From NCBI GenBank assembly GCA_043228905.1, contig JBHGNT010000008.1:2976001-3040000 (forward strand): 64,000 bases of DNA, in the 5' to 3' direction. The stretch comes from Azolla caroliniana (taxonomy: Eukaryota > Plantae > Polypodiophyta). Of the stretch, positions 43,741 to 56,171 are shown one piece after another. Each line of letters starts with the position of its first letter. The stretch's first letter is position 1. The position numbers and the translations under genes were made by a program. The notes under the pieces are model-generated. The model was not told the DNA's origin and did no database searches. It saw only the letters and a list, made by a program, of their open reading frames with translations.

Positions 43741-43859
43741 GGTTTAATAAAAGTTCAGAACCAGGAATGTACATGTCTTTAAAGAGCTAAGAATTTTGGT
43801 CTGCAGATCGATTTGTTGATTTTGTTGTCTGTTTCTCTATAATTGTTGCTCTGATACCA

Positions 43860-44060
43860 TGTAGAGAAACAGAGACAGGGAGATAGAGAAAGAAAGAAGG
43901 ACGAATTCTGTTATTTTTATTTCCTGTTGCTCTTCTCTCCTCAATTAGAGAGAGGCGTGTGTTCTTTTCATATATGATACATGTGACTCTTCATATCAAG
44001 AGTTACGTGTTTATTTTTAATTATTTTACAATTTTATTCTTTTCCTTATATTTTCCAACA
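43860..44060 (-). repeat. Copia 5' LTR
   Basis: Adjacent to PBS gctctgatacca; repeat of 32542-32743. Confidence 0.9.
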
Positions 44061-45649
44061 AGATAATGGATGAAAAACATCGTGAACTACCCATTGAGAT
44101 GATAGAAAAGGCGAAACAACAGAATATGGTATGTGAAATAGAAAACAGTGTCAAAACATAATGTCATATTGCATGAAAATTAACTGAATTGCAGTGCATC
44201 TTCTAAACCATGTCAAGGATAAAGTTATTCTTATATTAATATTACTTATGTTGCAAATATGAATACCACATGATAATTAATGATCATTGCTTGTATTAAT
44301 ATACAAAATTAATTGAAGTAATACATCTGTAAATTAATACAATGAAGATATTTAAGAAGAATGTTAAATTTATTTACACGTGGCATCCATATTTGCCAAT
44401 GTTTATGCTTTCTTATAGACAATCCTTTTAACAGAACATGGTTTTTGTTGAATGATGCCTACAAATCATATTCAACTCAATGACCTATAATCATAGCTTG
44501 TTTATGCCCTCTAACTTAATGTAAATTTTCTATTTTTTGGCAATTGACATGCATTCAATTTAATTCACTGTAAGGTTTGCACTTCCTATTATAGCCAATA
44601 CTGAAATAAAGTATTGGTTTGCAATTTGATGTTATAGTAAACTTATAAATAAGTTTATGTCTGTACCCTGTTGTAAAGTTTATATTAGGTCATAGACATA
44701 TTTTGAGGCCAAACCAAAGTTTGTTCTCCCCTTGTGTTATTTTGTTACAGCAGCAACCTACTGTGCTTCCAAAATTTGGTGATTGGGAAACAAGCAATCC
44801 TTCAGCTGGTTATGAGTATACTGTCATTTTTAAGAAGCTTAGAGATGAGAAGAAATTGGGGACTTTGCCGATGTCTCCATCATCCACTGATTGTAAAACA
44901 GGACTGTCGGAATTATAGCACTATCCATACACGTCATGGCACTATCATAAAGGACCATATGTATTATATTATTGCTTTATTGCATATATTATATATGGTT
45001 CCTTTCCTCAAAGCATACTTGGAGTTTGTGGTGTTGCGTGCAACAAGGGGATGATGAAGTATTATGACGAAGTGGAGAAGCCAACATTTAATATATCATG
45101 AGTTTTTGCCTCTTCAACCAATTGTATGGTGAATGCAATATGTGTTTGAATAGATAAAAATATGCATGATAATATGTAGGCATTGAAAGGTCTTTAGAAA
45201 ATTCCAAGCAAATGACAAGACCCTAGAAGTTGGACCCAATTTTTTCGAGATGTATAATACTACATATGTATGAGAAAATTGAGTTCTAAAATATGTGTAC
45301 CCCTTGCTACATTTAAATGTTCTGGCCCTTATCCTAAAGATTCTTTTTCGATCCTAAATACTCACGAAAATCCGTACAAGTCATGGAGAAGCGTAAACTC
45401 ACGTGTCACAAATTATACAAAAGTGAACATTTGACATAATTATTGTTTTCCCCAAATTGTGGAAAATTAGCTCTAATTAATTGGTTCTCGAGAATTCAAC
45501 ATAATGTTAGCTTGTATATTTTCGAACGATATCAAGGTATTAAAACTAGGGGTATAATAGAACAAAATTTGTTGGAAGTTTTTTGGGAGATTGGTGTTTA
45601 TAGAAGATGGGGAAGTGAAGGCAAAGGCCTATATAGCCTTGGGAGCAAA

Positions 45650-45785
45650 GGTCCCATTGTGAGAAAGACCGGTTTGGTTCGGTTTGAGCCGAAACCGGTC
45701 CTATTGTGAGAGAGAGACCGGTTTGAGCCGAAAACGGTCCCATTGTGAGAGAGAGACCGGTTTGAGCCGAAAACGGTCCCATTGT

Positions 45786-45840
<55 letters not shown>

Positions 45841-45906
45841 TTGAGCCGAAAACGGTCCCATGGTTAGAGACATACCGGTTTGGTTCGGTTTGAGCCGAAA
45901 CCGGTT
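45650..45906. repeat. Second hAT-terminus-derived minisatellite (~5 units, including 39-bp variants)
   Basis: Units gagagagaccggtttgagccgaaaacggtcccattgt plus (GA)n, upstream of RGLG copy 2. Confidence 0.88.
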
Positions 45907-47230
45907 AAGATAGAGAGAGAGAATGGAGACCATGGAAGCTTCTTGGAAAGTCCTGCAATACGACTTTCTGGTTTTGTCTGAATTGCGACTTTCTGCTAAC
46001 TCCAGCAAAATCAAACAGATTCAAAAGGTATATGTCTTCTTATTTATACTCATACATGCAGACAGAAAGAGAACAGAACTAAACAGAGAGCCTCTTCTTC
46101 TGTTCTCTCTTATTGTCTACATCTCTCTCTCTCTCTCTCTTTCTTTGTGAGTTTCTCTTATCCAATCCAATCAAATAATTGCATGTCGTTGTGTATCCAT
46201 TCATTGCTTCATTTCATTTCATTTCAATCACTGCTCATCATTCTTTTACGAGAATTTGTTCATTCATTCTACTGTGTGAAAAAATCTACGAAACCCCCCG
46301 GGCCCAATTTCTCGGCAATATAGCATATAGCATATTCATTTCATGGATTGGTTACAAATGCAGGTTAATAATAATATGCCGTGTTTCTCAAGTCCTGTAT
46401 CTTTGCTTTTCTTCTCCCTCCGTTTTATTTCAACATCTGTCACATGCTCTCTCCTTGCATAATTTGTTGGGCCAGTGCCAGGTTGATCTCCAATCTCCAT
46501 ATATCCCAGATTTTCTATTTTTATTTGTCTGGGATCGATTCCCACATAACCTACATTTAGAAAATCGGACTTTATGATAATCAAACTAGTTGTGATAAAT
46601 CTTTTTTGAAAAGTTTGCTCTTGTTTTGATACGTCTCCAAAAAACTTTCAGCCTAGATATTTTTAAACTGCAAAGAGTTCTCATTGATTTAGGTTCAATT
46701 CCCACCATGAATTTGAGTATATCATAAAAAGTCTGTTCAGAAAGTTATTTGAAGTTTTCCTCTATTATGTATCTACTCTGGTCATCAGTTTCGTTAATTG
46801 CATCCGTTCTCTCTTCCAATACATAGTTTTTGGACTAAGTCTTACATGACTGGCATCTAGCATTTCACTTTCATATAAGGAATTGATTGCAAAAACTTTT
46901 GGAATTTTTTCTCTTGTTTATACTATGCCCACAAGAGGCGCTTATTAAGTCATATTATAGGTGTACCATTTCATATATGATGCAGTTTCCTGATGGCTAT
47001 CATTATGTCAGATATTCATTTCCCAAGTATATATTTCATGAATTATGTGTGTTCTAATACAAATCTGAAGACAAATAAACATGTGGCCAAGGCATAACTC
47101 TCTATTTGCCATATCGTTTTCTTCTCGGAAGCTCTGCCGCTAATAATTGAGCATTGTGTTTCACAGATGTTGTCGCTTGCTCTATCAAGAAACCTATAAG
47201 GAATAAAATATAAAAGATGGAAAGTGCTAT

Positions 47231-49810
47231 AAGGGTGGAAAGCAATCAAAAGTGAAACGTCCAGATCCAGTTCCCTATCACAAACCAGGAAATTCTCCAG
47301 GTTCTGGTCCAAGTGACCCGGAATATAATCCGAGGATGCAGGTTAATCGAAAGAATAATAATTGGCATAATCGGATCATTGACAATTATAAGTCACTTGA
47401 AGAGGTTTGATCTCTCTCAATTGTGCATTGCATTTTGCTTCACAAATTTAGGCTTGGATTGGGAGCAATTTTTCCACGCTCAATTCCAATTTCCTCAATA
47501 TTCTATTTTATGCTACATAATTTGGCAAATTGGCAGGTTACAAAGGCTTTGAGAGAATCAGGTCTTGAGTCATCTAACTTGATTGTAGGAATCGATTTCA
47601 CTAAAAGCAATGAGTGGAAAGGTTTATTAATAGTTTTTCATTGTAGTTAAATTTTAAGGCATATTTGGGTTCATGATTCTATGTGGTATGGAATCCCACT
47701 GATTAATCTATTGCTTTGTAGGAATTAACTCATTCAATGGAAGAAGCCTGCATGCAATTAGTAACATTCCTAATCCTTATGAACAAGCCATCTCGATAAT
47801 AGGCCGAACCCTTTCCCCTTTCGATGAGGATAACCTTATACCGTGTTTTGGATTTGGGGATAGTGAGTTGAATATCCTTTTTAACTAGAAATTCATGATA
47901 AATAAAATGTTCGACCTTATGTGAAGACTTATTTGTGCCAATGTAAGCACTCAGCCTATATTTTTCTATGTGTATATTAGCATACATTTCTCTCTCTCTC
48001 TCTCTCTTACATTAGTTTATACACACACACACACATCTATCTATCTATCTATCTATCTATCTATATAAAAGTTTAATGTGTACATTGTTATGGGAATGTG
48101 TTTGCATTACAGTTACCACGCATGATCAGCACGTATTTAGCTTCCATCAAGATAACCGGCCTTGTAATGGTTTTGAGGAAGCCCTTGCAAGATACAAGGA
48201 AATTGTTCCCCACATAAGATTGTCTGGTGAGTTGCAATTACCATATTCAAGGTCAGTAAGTAACCTTAACGATATATATATGTGTGTCTGTGTGTCCATT
48301 TTTAACTTTTACTGAATTCCTTTCTGTTGCAGGACCAACATCTTTTGCACCAGTGATTGAAATGGCAATTGACATTGTTATACAGAGTGGTTGTCAGTAC
48401 CATGTATTACTAATAATAGCGGATGGCCAGGCATGTTTTGGTGTATCGATGATTATGTTAGGTTGAACTACATATGCATATGCATATATACTTGTTAATC
48501 TTTACATTTTCGCATTTTCATAAGGCCAGGTGACTAGAAGCATCGATACTGATTCGGCGAGGCTAAGCCCACAAGAGCAAAGTACGGTAGATGCTATAGT
48601 TGCAGCAAGGTAATTGGTGATATTCAAGAATATATAACATAAATAATGAGAAATCAACTTTCATCAAAACTATACATATGATAACAATATAAGCTGTAGT
48701 GCTTGAATTCTTAAAAAGGAACTTGTATGTTCCTTAAGTGTGTTACCTCTCTAGACATCTGGATTGGTGCTAGCTGTAAATGGGTGACTGGCCAGTGTGA
48801 AAAATCCATGTGAACATGGCCACTTATAAGCAAATGGGGCTCACCATATTATTTCTTCATTAGAGGCCAATATCTAACACGGTTAGAGGTCAAAATAATG
48901 AATCAGAAAAGCTATGTGCCATGTGTTCTAATACGTCCAGCTGAATGAACAAGAGCACACAAGCAATTACAATTAACCTATGAATATGAAAATCTGATCT
49001 AGGAGTCTGAACCACATGACCAGCTGATGTTAACTGCAAACTTCCATTTGCACTACAAAGAAAAAGGCAGCTTTTTATAAAGTTTTCTTGAATATAACCG
49101 TCAATATGCTCATCTGAATCTCTGATAAAACCCAAAATATTTAATAATATAAGAAATACCCAAACAAGGTTTAAATGCAAAATACAGTGAGTATCCACTC
49201 TCTATTGTGCTCGTTGGGGTTGGCGATGGCCCGTGGGACACAATGATGGAATTTGATGACAACATTCCTCAACGCAATTTCGATAACTTTCAGGTATGAT
49301 CTCCCACCTCTTCTTCTTATATATAGATTATATTGTGCCAAAGAGTTCCATCTTCTAATAAGAATGACGTAATGCTGAAATTTTCAAATGGTCTTTTTAT
49401 CTATTTGCTGTAGTTCGTTAATTTTACCGACATCATGTCCCGAAACAGATCACGTGAGCAAAGGGAAGCAGCATTTGCTCTAGCAGCTTTAATGGAGATA
49501 CCGTTACAATACCAAGCTGCCATTTCATTAAATCTCTTGAGGTACTGTTTTGCTAGAAAAGAACTATTTACTTAAAGAATGCATTTGCATAATAATACAT
49601 TTTAACTGAGTTATTATGATGATAAATAGTTTCTGGGAATCTCAAAGAAGGAACATTTTGAGAATCTCGTAAAAGAATGAAGGGGTATGTATTTTGGTTA
49701 ATGTTTCTTGATTTGTTTTCTTTATTTTCCTATGTTTTAGTCGGACAACAAATAGAAGCCCAAGATGCCATCCTTTACCTACTCCAGCTCCAGCTCCACG
49801 GAGAATGTAG
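47231..49810 (+). pseudogene. RGLG: RGLG copy 2, truncated like copy 1; may encode a vWA-only protein from ATG 47336. Exons 47231-47404, 47537-47621, 47722-47862, 48113-48226, 48333-48430, 48530-48609, 49188-49293, 49414-49541, 49741-49810
   Basis: Same AAG in place of ATG and the same ...CCACGGAGAATGTAG junction as copy 1; frame and splice sites intact. Confidence 0.82.
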
Positions 49811-52392
49811 CTCAAGAAGTACATTATAGATTGCAAAACAAGAATTATCCATTCATCTGCCATTACATGGATGGATGTGCTCTGCCCTTATGCTTAAAAT
49901 GAGGCGATTGTAATATATACTTATGTAAATGCCATATGGACTGATCCGCAAATGTAACATTTAACATGTGCCTACCTGATGCTTGGCTTATGATTTCTGA
50001 GATACTAATATATATTTTTAGCCAATTCCTGCTGTAACTATACTTATATGGTAGGTATCTTTGATCCCTTGAACTCCTTGTTTTATTCTCTGTAGTTGAG
50101 CAAGAAATAAAAAGCTTAACATGTTTTGTTGGTGCCTACATGTTAGAGTATGTACAAACAAACAAATCGGAATTATGCTTATTAATGTATGATTCTCGGT
50201 GAAAATCTATGTTGAAGGTGTGAATTGTTGCACCCAGAATCCCGAGATGATCTGTAGTTATGTGAAAAGCTGTATTAAGGTCCAAAATTTGGCACTCAAA
50301 CCTTCGACTCTACATCTTTAATTATGTGAAACTCTTGGTTAAGATGTGTGACTTTGGCGCCCCAATCTCATCATATTTTATCTTGAATTTTATTACTAAT
50401 CAAAATTGTTCCCATTGATTACTTGGTTTATGCAACATTGAAGGATGCCCTCATATCACTCTTGCGTTGGTCATGTGCTTGCCACAATTGCTTGTTTTAT
50501 CCATTGAATTTCCTAAGGATTTCCTCACATCAGTCCAGTGTGCTCATCATGTGCATGCTACAATCACTTGTTTTATGCAACTATTTGCCAAAGCTTGTGC
50601 TTGTATCATTCTTATGCATGCCGTAACTACTTGTTTTATGCAACGATTTGCCAAAGTATGTGCTTGTATCACTTGTGTGCATGCCATAATTACTTGTTTT
50701 ATTGAAGGATTCACCGAAGCACATCCTTGCATCAGTTGTGGGTGTCATGTGCATATTATGATTGTTTGTCTTGTTTAGTTAGTGATTTGCCAAAGCATGT
50801 CCTTACGTTGGTTGTGTGTGGGCATGTGCATTGAAGTTGAAATTAATGGTTTTTGTTTGAAGAGCAAAGCAAGAGTTTTTTTAAACATATGCATTTTTAT
50901 ATAACCATATTTGTAGTTCTTATGGATATCTAGTTGAATACTATCATGTCGAGTTCCTAAATACAGCTTTTTCAATAGGATGGGGGGATCATTAATAAGA
51001 GTTGTGTATGAAACAATGCATTGTCATATGCATAAATTGTGAGCATTAATTATCATGTCCATCTTCTTAAATGGGTGATTACTATTCTACTATGAGGGCT
51101 AGCAACAACGGTGTGCATGATTATTCCAAACTTGAAATGTGATTGAAAGTGCGAGAAACCTAGAACATCAAGTGGCAATAGGATGAGATGATAGAGTGGA
51201 AGTGAAGGTTTTGCTTGAAGCGAGAGTTAGCCGAAGTTTGGTTGCTTGGAAATTTTGGATGCCAACAATAAGTGCACCCCAAAGTAAAATAGAAATGATC
51301 ATAAGAACAATCATGCAAGTTCTCAATTTGTTGTACCGGATAGATCTCAACTACAGAATTCAACAATGATAAATACTTCATGCTATCACAACCTTTGCTT
51401 ATGGCTTAACCTACACCAAAACACAATATATCAGTAGTTTAATAAAGCACATGATTCTGGATTGGAAGAAAGGTTTGCATTAAAATTTATAGAATATCGA
51501 GTTGCAAAGTACGTGCACAAAGCTACTAGACGTAAATTAAAACATGTTTTCGAGCAACGCCAATTCCATCAACAAACATGTTATCCACACACAATGATTC
51601 TTTGGGAAACCATGTCATCAACTCCATGAGACACACATGTTGTGTGGAGAAATGGCTAGTTCAAGGAAATAATTTGCATGGAAAAGATCAAACTTACACA
51701 AGGATGGATCGAACGCATTTATTTTCTTCCATTTGTAGAAATATATTTTTCCAATAGCATAAAGGAAATCCTATGCATACCTACAAGGAAAGAGGTAGTA
51801 CAAAATTATGTAGTGTCTTCTTTTATCTACCTTTCTTTCACCTCTTTTCATCTTTACTCCTCATTTTCACTAACTTTTATATTGTGCATTGTCTTTATTC
51901 CTTTAGTAGTGTAACTTTCTTAAAGCTAGTTAGAGAATAAAGATCTCCTGAAAAGTTCGGATGCCTATCATATGGGTACGAGCCATAAGGAGTATGCGTG
52001 TCCTGTATAGGCAAATGCACGATGGATTTAGGATTCTTGAAGTGAAAAAATCAAATGCTCAAGCTCAATTCGCACGAAATGAATAACCACCAAGTTTGAA
52101 CATCCAAAATGAATGGCTCTAAACCACATTCCTACTTGCGAGGTCTAAACTCCAAAGTTCCAGATTCGATGCACATAGTTTTTATCTCTCGTGAATCATT
52201 ACCCGATTCTTTCTTTTGCGCGAAGATGGCTACCAATGTTGGTATAAATTTCTATTTCTTATGGGCAAATCTATAGTCATGGTTTAGTATAGTCTTCCAT
52301 TGATACCAATTTTGTTTCCTAACTTCATATTTCTTGTTGTAGTTTTGAACTTCCACAACCTCGTAAACTTAGTTAGTGGTATAAGTTTAGAA

Positions 52393-52549
52393 CTTTCTTG
52401 GAGCAAGTGAAGCATCGGAGAGGAGGAGGTCCCGCCGAAGAAGAAGCTTTGTGGCCCTCGAACAATTGGGCCGCCGTTCTCTCAAAGTCTGTGATCAATC
52501 TGGTTTTTTATTGCAATTCATTGGGCAGATTCCCTCTCGAAGGCAAATC
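52393..52549 (-). pseudogene. Second fragment of the SAP gene
   Basis: Paralogous to 30038-30206 and 63330-63518. Confidence 0.82.
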
Positions 52550-52729
52550 TGATGTCATTGTCCAAGGTCATGAAACCTTATTTGAGAGATAAGTAGGAAT
52601 GCTTTTGGCACTTGGCTTTATTCGATATGAATATCATTTCAAGTTCTGTCTAGATTCTATCAAAATCACTTGTTTACTATATGGCATTCAATTTTTTTCG
52701 ACTATAATTACCTTGTGCATAGGAAGGAT

Positions 52730-53454
52730 CATAGATTGACATATTCGCATTTGTGGGATATTCTATTCGAATGAAATGGAATATGCATACATTCGTGTGG
52801 TCAAGTATTCGTTTAAAAAAAAGAAGGAAAAAAAGGAGATGAAGTCCCTCCTTTTAGTTTCTTAGGAAAAAAAAGGGGGACTTGACATTAAAAAGGGGAT
52901 AATAAAATAGAGAGTTGAGAGAGACTTGACAGTAATAAAGTTTCATTGGAGATCTTGATTCTTTACTAAATAAATAAATAAAATAAAATAAATTTTCGTT
53001 TTATTTTTAATAAATAAATAAAATAAAATAAAGGTTCATTAATTCTTCACCTTATCTTTTCCCAAAATTTATGGATATTTTTACCTGAAATTAAAATTGA
53101 GACTTCACATTAATCATGTTTTCATAGTAAAAATAAAAATATTCGTTTTTTTCAAATAAAAAAATCAATTATTTAAATTAAATAAAGGTTCATAAACTCT
53201 CCTCTTTTTTTATTTGACACTAGAAAGGAGAGTTTATACTAATCATATTTTTATAATTTATTAATGAATAATTGTTCTTTTTTTTAGTGAATTAAATTTA
53301 TTTATTTTTAAATTAATTAATTAATTAATTTTTTGTATATTTATTTTACAAAACGAATGGTTTTTAAATATTCTTAGGGCCATTTTGTATTCTTGAATAT
53401 TGCGAATACCACGCATGGAGAATTCGACGAATATCACGCATGTGTCAATCTATG
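52730..53454. mobile_element. Complete hAT-type MITE (725 bp) of a different family
   Basis: TIRs CATAGATTGACA / TGTCAATCTATG; 8-bp TSD GGAAGGAT; the empty site is present in block A at ~30379. Confidence 0.93.
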
Positions 53455-53649
53455 GGAAGGATCTTGAAAAACCTTGAAGATGAAGTTGAGATTTACTTCA
53501 TTACAAACACTCTTGAAGGAAGGACCATAATAAACCCCTTACTTACATTCCTTATCAATCACAACTTGTTGGGAAACACAAGACACCCAATGAATTCTTT
53601 GAAACAACTTTGAGCGATATAGTCTTCCTTTGAGCGATATAGTCTTCCT

Positions 53650-54025
53650 TGCCTTTGGGATTAGCTTTAATCGATGTGGACTCGCAATGGGAAATTGCTT
53701 CTTTTGCACCATTCAAAGTGGAAGATAATACTCAATTGTCTCATACAATGTCTGATTGCTCGTCAGATTTTGACTTACGTTTCTCGAATTTGACAAGTTT
53801 GATCATGATGTTAATGTGATGCCAAGACACACTAACTGAGTCTTTGCACGATTCACAAATGTTCCGTTCCGTGCCAAGGTCTTTCTTTGGCGTGTGATTG
53901 TTGGTGGGTTTGCCTTTGGCGATCCTGGCTTTAAAACGTAGAAATAATTCAAATGGGACATGGTGTTTTTTTTTGCACGGTGGGTGAGGAAGATACCAGA
54001 CATAGGTTCATTACATGTCCGGTTC
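53650..54025 (+). mobile_element. LINE zf-RVT remnants (two pieces)
   Basis: GNCFFCTI..EDNT..LIQC, then NVPFRAKVFLWRVIVGG...FFCTVGEEDTRHRFITCP. Confidence 0.6.
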
Positions 54026-54034
54026 ATTACATGT

Positions 54035-54095
54035 CCGGTTTGGTTTGGTACGGTTTGGTTCGGTTTGGTTTGAGCCGAAACCGGTCCCATTGCTA
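54035..54095. mobile_element. Single hAT terminus (…GAGCCGAAACCGGTCCCATTGCTA) upstream of RGLG copy 3
   Basis: Ends in CCCATTGCTA, like the termini at 1394 and (reverse complement) 30802. Confidence 0.7.
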
Positions 54096-54349
54096 TGTGT
54101 GTGTGAGAGAGAGACAGAGACAGAGACAGGGGCGAGGTAGAAGCTTCTTGGAAAGCCCTGCAATACGACTTTCATCCCTGGCTTTGTCTGAATGCGACTT
54201 TCTGCTAACGAAGGACCCACCCCCCCCCCCCCCCCATCTCCAGGAATTCAGACAGATTCAAAAGGTATGTCTTCTAATTTATACTCATACATGCAGACAG
54301 AAAGAGAACAGAACGAAACAGAGAGCCTCTTCTATTCTCTCTTATTCAC

Positions 54350-54408
<59 letters not shown>

Positions 54409-55362
54409 ATGTGAGTTTCTCTTATCCAATCCAATCAAATAATTGTATGTCGTTGTGTATCCATTCATTGCTTCATTTCATTCAATCACTGCTCCTCAAG
54501 CATATTCATTTCATGGATTGGTTACAAATGAAGGTTAATATGCCGTGTTTCTCAAGTCCTGTATCTTTGCTTTTCTTCGCCCTCCGTTTTGTTTCTGCAT
54601 CTGTCACATGCTCTCTTCCTTGCATAATTTGTTGAGCCAGTGCCAGATTGATTTTCTATTTTTATTTCTCTGGTATCGATTCCCACATAACCTACATCTA
54701 GAAAATCGGACTTTATGATAATCAAAATAGTTGTGTGATAAATCTTTTTTGAAAAGTTTGCTCTTGTTTTGATATATCTCCAAAACACTTTCAGCCCAGA
54801 TATCATAGAGTTCTCATGGATTTAGGTTCAATTCCCACCATGAATTTGAGTATATCATAAAAAGTCAGTTCAGAAAGTTATTTGAAGTTTTTCTCTATTA
54901 TGTATCTACTCTGGTCATCAGTTTCGTTAATTGCATCCGTTCTCTCTTCAAATACATAGGTTTTGACCAAGTCTTACATGACTGGCATCTACCATTTCAC
55001 TTTCATATAAGGAATTGATTGCAAAAACTTTTGGAATTTTTTCTCTTGTTTATACTATGCCCACAAGAGGCGCTTATTAAGTCATATTATAGGTGTACCA
55101 TTTCATATATGATGCAGTTTCCTGATGGCTATCATTATGTCAGATATTCATTTCCCAAGTATATATTTCATGAATTATGTGTGTTCTAATACAAATCTGA
55201 AGACAAATATACATGTGGCCAAGGCATAACTCTCTATTTGCCATATTGTTTTCTTCTCGGAAGCTGTGCCACTAATAATTGAGCATTGTGTTTCACAGAT
55301 GTTGTCACTTGCTCTATCAAGAAACCTATAAGGAATAAAATATAAAAGATTGAAAGTGCTAT

Positions 55363-56120
55363 ATGGGTGGAAAGCAATCAAAAGTGAAAAGTCCAGACCC
55401 AGTTCCCTATCACAAACCAGGAAATTCTGCAGGTTCTGGTCCAAGTGACCCGGAATATAATCCAAGGATGCAGGTTAATCCAAAGAATAAAGATTGGTAT
55501 TCTCGGATCATTGACCATTATAAGTCACTTGAAGAGGTTTGATCTCTCTCAATTGTGCATTGCATTTTGCTTCACAAATTTAGGCTTGGATTGGGAGCAA
55601 TTCTTCCACGTTCAATTCCAAATTGCTCAATATTCTATTTTATGCTACATAATTTGGCAAATTGGCAGGTTACAAAGGCTTTGAGAGAATCAGGTCTTAA
55701 GACATCTAACTTGATTGTGGGGATCGATTTCACTAAAAGCAATGAGTGGACAGGTTTATTAATAGTTTTTCATTGTAGTTCAATTTTAAGGCATATTTGG
55801 GTTCATGATTCTATGTGGTATGGAATCCCACTGATTAATCTATTGCTTTGTAGGAATTAACTCATTCAATGGAAGAAGCCTGCATGCAATTAGTAACATT
55901 CCTAATCCTTATGAACAAGCCATCTCGATAATAGGCCGAACCCTTTCCCCTTTCGATGAGGATAACCTTATACCGTGTTTTGGATTTGGGGATAGTGAGT
56001 TGAATATCCTTTTTAACTAGAAATTCATGATAAATAAAATGTTCGGCCTTATGTGAAGACTTATTTGTGCCAATGTAAGCACTCAGCATATATTTTTCTA
56101 TGTGTATATTAGCATACATT

Positions 56121-56171
<51 letters not shown>

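Larger units (their letters stand above)
32542..44060 (-). mobile_element. Full-span but defective Ty1/copia LTR retrotransposon, hosting a nested Gypsy
   Basis: LTRs 43860-44060 and 32542-32743 (TG..CA); PBS TGGTATCAGAGC (tRNA-iMet) at 43848-43859; PPT next to 32744; domain order gag-PR-INT-RT-RH; premature stops, frameshifts and an apparent deletion between INT and RT. Confidence 0.93.
31998..44918 (+). pseudogene. RIN4/NOI-like duplicate. Exon 1 is split (31998-32541 and 44061-44128) by the Copia; the NOI exon (44751-~44908) is truncated; the CC tail exon is deleted
   Basis: Near-identical to 14010-14630 and 15252-15409, then joined to sequence homologous to ~16676. Confidence 0.85.
31967..53650 (+). 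repeat. Tandem segmental duplication, block B (copy of 13979-30553 with internal deletions and Copia/Gypsy and MITE insertions)
   Basis: Starts gaaacctttctatacat...agacatgaaggagcc as at 13979 and ends gatatagtcttccttg as at ~30553. Confidence 0.9.

Noticed and set aside
30802-54095. A 23-kb hAT macro-transposon bounded by complementary TIRs at 30802 and 54095
   Set aside because: The 8-bp flanks differ (GTTACAAG versus TGTGTGTG), and the right terminus has homologues upstream of the other RGLG copies, so it predates block B.
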